A stretch of 64,000 bases of DNA, taken from positions 102,984,001-103,048,000 of the forward strand of contig NC_045697.1 in NCBI RefSeq assembly GCF_009834535.1, written 5' to 3'. Position numbers and translations under genes: made by a program. The first letter of the stretch is position 1; every line of letters starts with the position of its first letter. The notes beneath the pieces were generated by a model. The model was given only the letters and a program-made list of their open reading frames with translations, did not search any database and was not told the origin of the DNA. This stretch comes from Camelus ferus (Eukaryota). Positions 51,776 to 64,000 of the stretch are shown here, piece after piece.

Positions 51776-51937
51776 CTATTACTTTCTTTTTAAAGCATTT
51801 TTATTGTTTTTTTTTTTTTTGGAGGGGTGGTAATTAGGTTTATTTATCTATTTATTTTAATGGAGGTACTGGGTATTGAACCCAGGACCTTGTGCATGCT
51901 AGGCAGGCACTCTACCGCTGAGCTACACCCTCCCCCG
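51776..51937 (-). mobile_element. tRNA-Ala-derived SINE (vic-1-like)
   Basis: Reverse complement of head and tail; TSD tggacttttt at 51766-51775 and 51939-51948. Confidence 0.88.
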
Positions 51938-51957
51938 GTGGACTTTTTAAAAAAAAA

Positions 51958-52150
51958 TTTTTTTTTTTAATTTTTATTTTTTATCTAAGTGTAGTTGACT
52001 TACAATGTTAGTTTCAAGTGTACGGCAAAGTGATTCAGTTATACATATACCTACATATATACATATATTCAGATTCTTCTCCATTGTAGCTTACTACAAG
52101 AAACAGTTACTTTACTGTATAGCACAGGGAACTATATTCAGTTTCTTGTA
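51958..52150 (-). mobile_element. L1 3' end with 5' inversion
   Basis: Runs as a minus-strand L1 to ...tacaagaaac (52104); the expected continuation then appears inverted, ending gtttcttgta (52150). Confidence 0.8.
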
Positions 52151-55100
52151 AAATAACTTTGTCTTGTCCAGTGCTTAGAATAGCGTCTAGCGCTTAGTAG
52201 GTGTTTGTCAAATGAGTTGAGTGACTGCAGTGTTACCAGCTTTTCTTTTTATCATTCTTTTTATTTTTTTGTACCGTTAGAACTTCCACTGGACAGACAA
52301 AAACTGGAACAGACACTTCATTTTTTTTTGTATACACAAAATATTGAAACTAGCTTATTTGTGAAACTGCCCTGTAAATGTTACCCTTTTCAGCATGTTA
52401 TAATTTTTGAATCAGTTGTACATGTTCATGTTTAAGGATGATAACCCAGCGGGGTCGGTGTTGGAATCAAAGTTTGGTGGAAAGCAAACTGAGGCTCAGG
52501 GAGGTGTTTTGTTCAAAGATCAGCTACGAAGTGGAAGGCTGCCCTTCACACCTACCTTTTTCATTCCAAGTGAAGGGCTCTTGTTTTCTCATTTAAATAC
52601 ATCTTCAAATGACTTTGGGTGGGGGGGTCTTATCTGAACGTCTGGAGAAGCTGCCCTGATTTCTTATTCTGGATTTAGTCTGCCTTTTGTTTTCATTTTG
52701 AAAGCACATAAAATAAATGGTTAACTTTAAAATTCCTGACAATGACAGAGCAACAAGGTTTATTTCTCTCACCTGTGGAGGAAGTGGCCTCCACCCAATT
52801 TTACTGAATTAGGAGGGAAGTGATTTTTTCAAGTGATAAAAAGAAATAAAATTCCATGCTCTTCCCAGAGGAGGAGTTCAACAATTGGGAGAATGGCGTG
52901 AGACCATATGTTGGTTTGTAAAAGGATATAACTTGTAAAGATGTTTCCTTTGATGCCTGTGATGAATATGGATGTGTTTCCCTTCTAGAGGGTCCTGATT
53001 AAATTACTCAATTAAGAGTGGAGCTGGAGGATCTAAATATAGGGAGAGGGTTCAAGCCGTCCTGCCTTGTGTATGTCAGCTCACCCCTACAGATGTGCGT
53101 GCGTGTTGTAAACAGCACCTGCGAGATCAGTGGATGGGGAGAAGTGTGTTCCAAAAAATGAAATACAGCAGGATTTTTTTTTTAAAATAAAAGGCATCGT
53201 TTTTTCCCTCCTCTGGCCTGTTCCTTTTTCACCTATGAATTTGGCATTTGAATTACTTATTTTTTAAAACCTGATGAATAGACTTTAGTACCTGTTCTGG
53301 TTTAAAATGTAATCTGTCACTTATTAGAATATGATCTTGAGAAAGCTGTTTAACAACCTCTGATCCTCAGGTTTATTAGGAAAATGGAGATGATACATCT
53401 CTTGAAGGCCTCCTGTGAGAAGTCAACAGGATAGTGTCTGTAAAAACTACCCATGTAACCCTTGCAGAAGGTGATAGCTCAGTTAAAATAATTTCCTTTC
53501 ATTTATTAATTATTGAACCATTCATAACTGGTCACTTTTGGAAATCTACCACATTTAGCATTCTTTGCAATCTGTAAAACTGCTTTTCTATGATAACAGT
53601 GACTCAAAGAGAACAGTTTTTTCCTACGAGACTACTGTAGACTTTCCTCTTGTAGTCAGTAAAGTTAAATTTTAAAATGCCTCTGGTCTTCAGTCTCCTG
53701 TGTTTGACGGGTGAGCACTTGCAGCCAAGTGACTCTAACTTCTGAGCTGAGGTGAATACAGATGAGATTTATCAGGGTGAGGCAGTTACAACCTGGATAT
53801 CTTGAAAGGTTACCATGTACCAGAGGACAGTTTTCCATTGTAAGTATGAATTTGAGAACAAAGATTCAGTGGGATTAAGGAATGTTGTACAACATTTAGA
53901 GGAAGTGGCAAGGAGATGTAGAAGTAAGACAAGTTTGTTGAAGTTGAGGACAGTAAGAAAACTTTTTAAGTGTCTTCAGTCTGCTTAACTAAACAAGTAA
54001 TCATCTAATGAAACAAAACAGAACGGACACTTGCTATTCTATGGGGAGTCTCTGTGACTAAGAAAAACTGACCAGGTGCCTTATAAGCAGCCTAGATTTG
54101 TCTGGATGGAAGGACTTTGTATATGCAGAGCAGAACCAGAAAGAGTTCTTGTCTTCAAGAATTTTCTAACACAATGAAGATGCACTGAATGGCATTATTT
54201 GGCACAACTAAATATGTAAACTACAGTCCTGTCCTTAGAGACTTGGATCAGGTGTGACATCCATAAATTCCTCGCTTCCTTTTCGTTGGGAGGATGCTAC
54301 TTTTGAAATCATCTGGCTGAAATGTCACAGCTGGCAATGAACTTAGAAGTGGTAGGTGGTAAACTGGAATTCAGAGTCTCCGTGTTACTCCTTTTCTTTT
54401 TGATTCCTGAGATTCCCACTCACTTAACACTCCGCTGCGAGCCCCCATCCCAGCTCCTGCGAGCATCACACTCATACCTGAGAGACGGCAAGACCCGGCT
54501 ATTAGTGCCTGTGTTTTAAGAGCACTGAGACCTGCATAATTACATGACGAAAAGTCGGCTTTCAAGAGCCCCTCCTCTCTTGCACCTTCACCACCCCGTC
54601 CCCGGTTTCTCCAGATTTGGAAAATTAATCTCTGGAAAAGAATTTTAATGAAAAAATGGCAAACTAGCTATTTCTGTGTCATGCATCACACTTTTAGAAA
54701 GTTGGTAAATGTTCAGAAGTAACCAGAACAAGGTGTCATAGTCAGAGGCTCAGTAAAGTGCAGTCTGACCTCTGGGTGTTTGTGGAGCAGGGCGTTGCTG
54801 TGGCTTTGATCGAAGAGCAGCAGGGTGCTGTGATCCCCAGTGGGTCTTCATCTCGCATTTGTGTGTGGGAACTGTGTTTAAATATATTTTCTTTTTCGGA
54901 AGACTTAATCAAAGTAGAGTTCCTGAGGGCCCAGGTTCTCAGCAATGAAGTAGGTAGCTTAAAAAGTGCTTTCAAATCTGTGAAAGAAATGGAGGGAAGT
55001 CTTACTCATCCTCACTTTCTTCCTGTTAGGATTTTTTCCCTCTTTTATTTTGGTTAGTGATGAGCTTTATTTAGCTATACTTAACCCAACTGAAATTGAG

Positions 55101-58100
55101 AAATTTTGAAAGTCGAGGGCTAACTGCTATTTTAGAACAGGAAAAAGAAAGACAGAAGCACTTCAGCTGTTTGCTCCTTCAAGACAAATATCTCAAAACC
55201 AAGTGAGTTCCTAATTGGAGTAACTGGGGAAAAGAAACATTTGATCACATTATTTGTTGAAACCGAATCACCAGACCATTGTTGCTTTGGGGAATTTTCT
55301 TAGACTGAAATAGCTAGAGAAACCTCGTCTCCGTTTTTATAGTCACTGTGATGGCATTATACCGTGTAGCAGATTTTACTTGTGTTTTATTTTCTCCTCT
55401 CTGCCTTAAGAGTAGATAAGCTGTGTCATTTCTCTGAAGGAGCGGCACCATCAACGTCAATCATGCTTTTATTAGGAACTGTTCAGACTGGGTACCTCGC
55501 TGGTTGTGTTCTGCATGGTCCGCGATACTGTCTCCACTCGCCTTCATCAATGGTTTTCCTGGGTCCCGTTCCCAGGCTTGGTTCTCCATCGGGAGGTGGG
55601 AGCACATGTGTTGCTGCCGCTGCCTCTGCCCTGACTCTCCCTCCTGCCGAGCCACTGGGTGGGTTGCCTCCTGTTCTGCTTTTAAGTAATCTTAGCTTTA
55701 TCAGAAGTCTGGTAAGTTCTCAATTCCTCAGGACTTTTGATTAATTATGTAGCCTGATTTTATTTAGGCCTAATGAATATGATTGTGTTTTTTTTTCCCC
55801 CTTTTAGTGAATTCTCCATCATACTCTTACCAGCAAAACTCATTGCTGTTCTTGGCTTAATGATGGATTGCTCCTTATGTTTTAAAATACTGGCATCGAG
55901 TCTCTGGAATTTGGCCTTCCCCTTTTCAAGCGTTGTTAACCCTAATTTATAGTGTCTAGTCTGTGATTCTGTGGTTTCTATGAGTGTCAGGAGTGTGCTA
56001 TGAGTGTTAAGGTGTCTGTTTTATCCTCTTTGGAAATTATGATCTGTCTTGGACAATTCTGCTTTTGGTTAGGAGCATACAGTTGATGTCAGTCCTTAAG
56101 TGAAATCAAGTAGGTTAAGAAAACATAGTCCATGTTGGAGTAATGAAAAGTTGCATTACAGATCCCCTGGTATGTTCACTTTTTCATCCTTTTTCATGTT
56201 TCAATTTAGCTAAGCATCTCACTGGAGGCAGTTCTTACCGAAAATCAGATGTTAGGATAGGTACGTACCTTTTCACAGCAGTAATTAGTATCTCCACCAG
56301 TCACTTTACACAGCACACCTCCGAGGTACTTTGCATCTCCATGGCATTCTAGTGAAGTATGTGGTGAAATGATTTAGATGTAAAAACTACGGAGCTGCGG
56401 AAATCATACAGTTTGCTTACAACTTCTCTGACACCCACAGTAGCACTTTGGGAGCTGGACTCTCACCTTTTCTGTTTCTTCACAAAAAGAGCTAGTGGTA
56501 TAAGTCAGAGATCTGCATACAGTTTGTTTAGTTACTTGGAAATCCTTGTTCCCCCATGCCCCAAAAGTGGATCAGACATTTTTAATGGGAAGATAATTAT
56601 TATAAAGTTATCTTTCTTTCTTAAGTAACTAAAACAGTTCCAAAGTAAAGTTAATCAGTACCCTGCACTTTTAGTTCCTTGCTGCTCTTGATCTTTATGC
56701 CATGATTTACCAGGAGAGTTAAGACAGAGTAATGAACCAAAGAACAAGAAGGGGTGGGGGGGCCAAGTTGCTTGCTTCATTGACAACAGACAGTTTATCT
56801 TTTGTCAGTCTCTTTTTTGAAGGTACTAGAAGTCTTTGATATTTTACCCCCAATCACTTTTTGGAGCCCATATTTTATGTTTATTTTATTGAATAATTTA
56901 ATCATTCCCTCAATATTTAAGGAGATTATTTATCTTGTCTAGTTCACTGAATTCTGTGCCAGGGCAAGAATTGTAAAACAGCACAAGTCTGAAGCTACAG
57001 GGGCAGTTGGCCATTATCTGTCTCCTCTCCTCATCCTTTTATTAAAGGGAGTTGGTTTGTAGCACTTTGCCATGACCCCCCCCTTCCCCCCACCCAACCC
57101 CGTGCCTTTTTATTGTATCTTCAGATACGAATTAGAATAATTTTCTTTCGAAACTTTCTCTGGGACTCTGGGATCTGAGGTATTGAATGGCAGAGAGTGT
57201 ATTTTGTTGGTGTTCATGCAACTGGAAAATGACATGTTTCTTTACTAGACGAGGCCAAGATGAAGAAAATTTTCTCACTGTTGTGCAGTTAGCTGATTAG
57301 GCTTCCTTTAAATAAAAAGCGAGTTACACAGCAGTGAAAGGCATTCTACAACTTTTTGCTCTTTTTCCTTTTAACATTAAGGAATACCACAGACGCTGCA
57401 AAATTAAATAGCCGTGTCAAAAGGAGCATTATAAGAGTATTTCTCTCATTTGGCTTCTGGCACTGCTAATAGAAATGCCTCCCACGGGCTAGACTCCATA
57501 GGGAAAGGTTCTCTATTTAGAACCCTGTCTTAAACTGCATTTTTATTACTTCCAAAATCGGACCACACTATAAATCCAAGCTGATTTATAAGTGGACTTT
57601 GTATGTGGCTTGAGTTAACGAACTGATTTGGATGGGAGGGGTGGGTAATTTGCAAATATTTGTGTATAGAGGCTTTTAAGAAATTTGAAAGTTATAGTTT
57701 TTCATGAAAGAATGTTTGAAAAGTTTTAACAGGTAGGAGAGAGAGATTATTAACCTTCCAAATCCAGCCACTGTTAATATTTTGGTATATTTACATAGTT
57801 GTTCCTACTATATATGCCGTTTATGTTCTGCTTAAGGTTTTCCCCCAAGTTATTATGTACATAATTTTTAAGGGCTACATAATATTCTATTGAGTGGATT
57901 ATACTATAGTGTAATTATTTTCCAATTTTTAGATACTTCTTTTTTTTCCCCTTTATAACAAAGAATGCTGTGATAAAAATCACTGTGCAAAAAACTTTAC
58001 CTTTCCAGTGCAGAATATTTCCTTAGAGTGAATTTCTAGAAGTGAAGTTGCTGAAACAGAAATCTCGCTTCTTTTTTAAGGCTTCTTGGGGGCTCTTTAC

Positions 58101-60751
58101 CAGGTGAATGCCTTTTCTCTTTCTGTCAGTGTGAAATGTTTGTATTTGGAGAAGAGGGAAGGAAATCTCTGTTTGCTGACTCATGTTTTTATTTTGCACT
58201 TTAAACTGATAAGGCCACTTAGCTTTTGACATAAACTAAAGCAGGAAGTACAAAAAGGGGCAGAGAAAAAAAAAAGAGTTGGCTTGCCAAGGCCAGGGTG
58301 CCATGGACTCATTGAGTACCTGATGGCAGGTACGCTACTTGTTTGACTTGAATATTAAAGTGCTTAACTCAAGTAGGCAAAAGTCAGCCTGCATTTTGTT
58401 TGGTGTGTGCGTTTAATATGCAACAGTCTGTGATCTTGTCACAGCAAACCCCCCAACTGGCCCACAGTATTTGGAAGCAGTAGTTTGTTTTGTTTTTTAT
58501 TCCCTGGTGGAGAAGCCTTCTGTGTTGAGGATATCACCTTAGCTGTCTTTCTAAAACATAAATCTCATCACACTGATGCTGTGATTTAAAACCTTCCATT
58601 TGTCCACAGGGTAAGATGTATCACAGGCCCTTCACAGCCACGCCCTGCCCTTATCAGCCTTGTTTGTAACAACCTTGAACCCTAGTATTTCTATTATGTC
58701 TGTTAGAACTAGCAATTTAGAAAAGTGGTTTAAAAATTGAGGCTCTAGAGCCAGATGACACAGGTTCGAACTCTGGCCCTGCCATTTAGAACTGTGCACA
58801 TAAACCCTGGACAAGTTGTTTTACTTTTCCGTATTTTACTTTCCTTACCCGGTAAATGGGGAAAATGAAAGTGTTCACTAAAGAGGGTTTGTGGCAAAGG
58901 CTGAACTAGTTAATGGATATTAAGTTCTTGGAATAGTGTCTGTCATGTAATGATCATTCAAAATTTTAACGCTATTGATTTGCAAAATTCTGCTCCTCCT
59001 TTAAGGCCTGTCTGATACTTTCTCTTTGGGAAAACTTCCTGAAATGCCTGGAATTAATTGTAAAAGTTAATTGCTTTTCTGCTTTTATGTATTATCATTT
59101 ATACCTGTTATAGAGCTTTCGTCACCCAGTGTTATGATTGGTTGATGGTGGGTACCGCACAGTACACAGGCTGCCACTCCTGTTCCTGCACACAGGGTCT
59201 GCCTCAGTGTGGTCATGCCCTCCTTCCTGCTGAGTTCTGCCCTGAGACTTTGCAGTACAGTCCTCCAGTGTTGGCATTCAGGGGAGCGAATTTTGCTTCA
59301 TGAGAGTTCATTGTTTACACACTGACTCTTCGGTTAAATTGTGTGCCCGTTAAGGATGGAGACATCTTTGCCTCCGTCCTCTGTGTATACCACAGGTGCT
59401 CAGCAGGCACTCAGTACAGCTTTGGTGAATAAATGTCAATTGGAATAATTAAAACAAAGGTCTGAAATGGTGGTTCCTAATCTTCTCCCCTACCCCCAAT
59501 ATTCTTACCTTATATAACAAACCCATCAGTGATAGAGTTTGAAATAGCGCCAAGTGATTTTGATAATAAACACACCCCCTCTAACTTGAAAACTGTTGAC
59601 TAGAAAAAAGCAGTTTCTGGAGTTGAAGAAAAGGATATGCAGAATAAGAAGAAATGTGTTCCTTTTATAAATTGTTACTAGAGGAGAAGAAAAAGAAGTT
59701 GTCTTTCTTGTTCTTTTGCAAAATAAACCTTTAGTAAAAGTGAATGATCATTTCAGGAGGTACACTCTGACCAAGTGTGACTTTTGATAATAGCATGGTT
59801 TTGTTTTCTCTTTTTCTGTTAAATGAAAATAATACCAGTGTCAAAGAACTAGTAAATCTGAGTAAAACTATTTACAAAAGGAAACAACCTCCTACAGCCT
59901 GTTGAAGCTCCACACTTGGCCTTCTGATTCCTTGAGGGAGCTAAGTCATTCATTAAACATTTATTCAGACTCTGATATGGTCCAGCTACAATGCTAGGCA
60001 CCAGAGATAGGAAAACAATAATATATAATTCCTGAATCATTTTCCTCTAGTGAGGAAGGCAGGTGTGGAGACGGCCACATGGTAGCCATAGACATGCACG
60101 ATTTGCTGTGATAGCTGTTCATAATCATTATCCCTTCACGTTCTGAGGCTCAGTAATTCCTGTTACTGGTAATTTGATGAGTTTTGCTAGAGGAATATCC
60201 ACTTTTAGTAGTATTTTCAAAGAACTGACGTTGATTTTATAGATTTTCTGTCACACTTTTTTTTTTTAATTTAAATTTTTGCTCTCATTTCCTTCTGCTT
60301 TCTTTGGGTTTAATTTGCTGTTTCTCTCTCCCTCTCTTTTTTTTTTTTTTATCTTTTTCTTGTGATAGATAATATAAAATTTGTTTCCAGCTTTTTTTCT
60401 TTTCTAATATATGCATTCAAGACTAAATTTCCCTCTAAGCACGATTGAACCACATCCTACAAGTTTTTTTGTGTCATATTTTTATAATCATTCTGTTCCA
60501 AATACTTTCTAATTTCCCCTGTATTTTCTTCTTTGACCTATGGGTTATTTAAAAGTGCAGTTATTTTCAATAACAGTATTTTTGGCATTTATTCTTAGTT
60601 ATACTGTGATCAAAGGGAATTGTATGGTTTTATTCCTTTGCTAGTGTTGAGATTTGCTTAATGGCTCATTATTTGGTCAGTTTGGATACTCCAGTTGTTA
60701 GGTTTAATGATCTATATACATGAACTGAGTTAAGTTTTTAAACTTGTTAAT

Positions 60752-61030
60752 CTTTCTGGTGAGGGCTCTCTTCCAGGCTTGCAGACAGCTGCCTTCTCTG
60801 TGTCTTCATGTGGCCTTTCCTCAGTGGGTGCGCATGGAGGGAGAGAGAGAAAGAAAAATCTCTCCTTCTTTCTCGTGAAGCCACCAATCCTATCAGATCA
60901 GGGCCCCACCCTCATGACCTCTTTTAACCTTAATTACTTTGTTAGAGGCGCCATCTCCAAATACAGTCACACTTGGGGGGTAAGAGCTTCAACATGAGTT
61001 TTAGGGGGGACATAATTCCGTCCATAGCAT
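60752..61030. mobile_element. MLT1A-like LTR fragment just upstream of the SMAD1 coding exon
   Basis: ctggtgagggctctcttcc...cagggccccaccctcatgacctc...ctccaaatacagtcacacttggggg...tccatagca. Confidence 0.78.
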
Positions 61031-61141
61031 ACTGTAATACACACAAGTACTTTAGTACCTGGCCCAGAGAAATTGTTTAATAAATCATGGGTTTGTGGTA
61101 GAGAAGATTTTAAACATCTTTTTCCCTTTTCTCTTTTCTAG

Positions 61142-61722
<581 letters not shown>

Positions 61723-64000
61723 TGAGTCCTTTTGTGCTGACACATTTAGCGGATTTGTGTCGTTTATCCAGGTCATCCCTTTCCATGTTTTTGGTTGTAA
61801 TTTTTAAGCATTAGGGGAAAAGCTATGTTTGTCAGCCTTTGGACATTTCATATGCTCCAACCATGTACTCCTCTCTGGTTGACATTATTTCTTAGGTGCT
61901 GTGAAAACGGTCATAGTGGTACTGACACCACTAACTTGTAATAAGTTATTCCTTTCTAAGTTTATTCTTTATGTTTCCCTTCGGTTGTGTGCCTTTCTCT
62001 AGACACTTTTAGCTATGATTTTATTGCAAGGGGAGAAAAATCAGGAAAGGAGAGAAGCACGGTGTAGCCATCTACGTACTTAAGGGCAGTTGCCAGTGAC
62101 TTGTATCGCTTTATCCTCGTCGTCCATGGGATTTTGTTATGGCTTAGTCCCTGTAGAGGGCAGGAAGGAATTATGTTCTGCTGTGGAATCATTTCATACA
62201 ACTACTCTGTAAGAGAGTCCTAGTTTTTACGTGTATGACCTTTGGCAGGGGACAGTGCAGGGTGGGGGAGCATAGTAAAGGATCTACTTTAAAATTCGCC
62301 TGGGTTTGCCCTCAGATGAGAGTCCAAATTCTAGACAGTTGCATCAGTTGGAAACTGATTAGGCAATCCCAAGCACTTAAATGTCTCACTGTCAGGTCGG
62401 AACCAATTTTGTTGATGGATTAGTTATTCATAGCTCATGGTGGCAAGGGCTCCCAAATGAGGCTGTGCGCAGATTCACATGGCTGCCTCCCGGAGGTTGT
62501 GATTCTGGCATAGCCCGCTAATCTGTGTTTTTACCGAGTGCTCCAGGTGGTGCTGACGGGAGCTCTTGGGTTGGTGTTTGGGAACTACTAAGCTAGATCC
62601 TATAATACCAGGACTCTCCATCCAGTACAAGGCATTCTGGCTTTTTATGGAATATTTACAACATACAAAAAGTTTAAAGACTAGGGAATAATATAGTAAA
62701 CATCTTTGTATCCAACACCCACTTGCTTTCAGTAACTGATGTTCTGAATTTGACAGTTAGAGTTAATCTTTATTATTCCCAATACTGGTATTACCTCTGT
62801 ACGAATCCTTGACGGTATATACTATTTTGTATATTTAAAGGTGTTATATAACGATATTGGAGTATCCTTCTACAACTTGCTATATTCATTCCGCATCATA
62901 GTTTTGTGATTTCTGCACTATGTACTTTAGTATTGCTTTGTCAAGTCCTGTGAAAAATCCTCTGGAGATTTTACTGAAATTTCGTTGATTTCATTTGGAG
63001 AAGGACTGACCTAGTTATGCTCTTGAGCACAATATTTTTCTAAATTTATTTAAGTCTTTGTAAGTTTCCTCCATAAAGTTCTTGCATGTCTTTTCTTAGA
63101 TTTATTTCTAGATAGCTGGGTTTTATTGTATCCTTTTTAAAGTCATGTTGTTAATGTTCATGGCTAGGACTATACTTGCTTTTTTCCAACAATTTTGCTG
63201 AATTCTTGATCTAATACAGACATTCTTTACTGCTTGTTACACTCACTGTGATGTAACTCTGAGTGTGTAATATGTACAACAAGATTGTTTAGATTCATGG
63301 GTTTTTGATCCCAGTAGTAAGTTTAAGAGGTACACAGGGAAGAGTCTAATCCCACTTCACAAACAGTGACACTCAGGTCCCTATAAATTAAGTGACCTGT
63401 GTGTCAGACAACTAAGGTTCAGTATTGAGAAAACACTGTGGATGTATTTCCTCCAGCCACCCTTCTGCTGCTCAGCTCCACCCTTTCGTCTTGTGCTGCC
63501 CTTGTGCTGCCTGCTGTCTCCTGACTAGTGTCCCCTGCGGGGGGACCACTGCTTTACAGGGAGTGTTCTTTAAAGATGCTTCCGACGCTCTTACGCTCTT
63601 ACCCGCAGCTCTGCAGGTTCTGGCGCTGGCCTGCCTCTCCATCTTCTTTCCCACTGTTCCACTCTATGTCTGCTTGAGTCTCACGGAAACACCTAGCACA
63701 GTTTTCCTCTGGACCTCGTTTCTCCTCCCTGTTTGCCTCACCCACTCTTATTTCTCCTTCAGACCTAAGCTTAATGGAGGCCAGCTTCACAGAGAGAGAA
63801 GCCTTTCTTGATAACCTCCTCCTCCCCCCAGTAGGCTGGTCTCTGTTTTGCATAGCAATCTGAATTTTTTCCTACTGTTCTTCACACTTAAATTTACCAT
63901 TCTGTTAGTCTTCCTTGCAGGATAGTAAATAGAGCTTCATGAGGTCAGGGACCATGTGTATTATTAATATCTCTACATTAATAGTGAGCACAGTTGGTAC

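Overview
Mammalian genomic DNA, most likely a camelid, judged from eight copies of a tRNA-Ala-derived vic-1-like SINE. The window holds the 5' end of SMAD1 on the + strand: a CpG-island promoter (~35.8-37.6 kb) with alternative non-coding first exons, a ~24 kb first intron, and the first coding exon (61142-61717; ATG 61318; MH1 domain). Much of the rest is fossil transposable elements (L1, L2, MIR, MLT1/ERVL LTRs, hAT DNA transposons), assigned by eye. The most unexpected signal is in the first ~14 kb: a chain of non-repetitive segments with AG/GT-like boundaries, compatible splice phases and long reading frames broken by scattered stops. I read this as a possible decayed, intron-containing gene upstream of SMAD1, and I cannot identify the protein. 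Other points of interest are a SINE-L1 chimera under one target-site duplication (TSD), a twin-primed inverted L1, a minisatellite with four octamer motifs, uORFs in the SMAD1 leaders and a candidate ETS/GATA/RUNX intronic enhancer. All counts and coordinates were done by hand.
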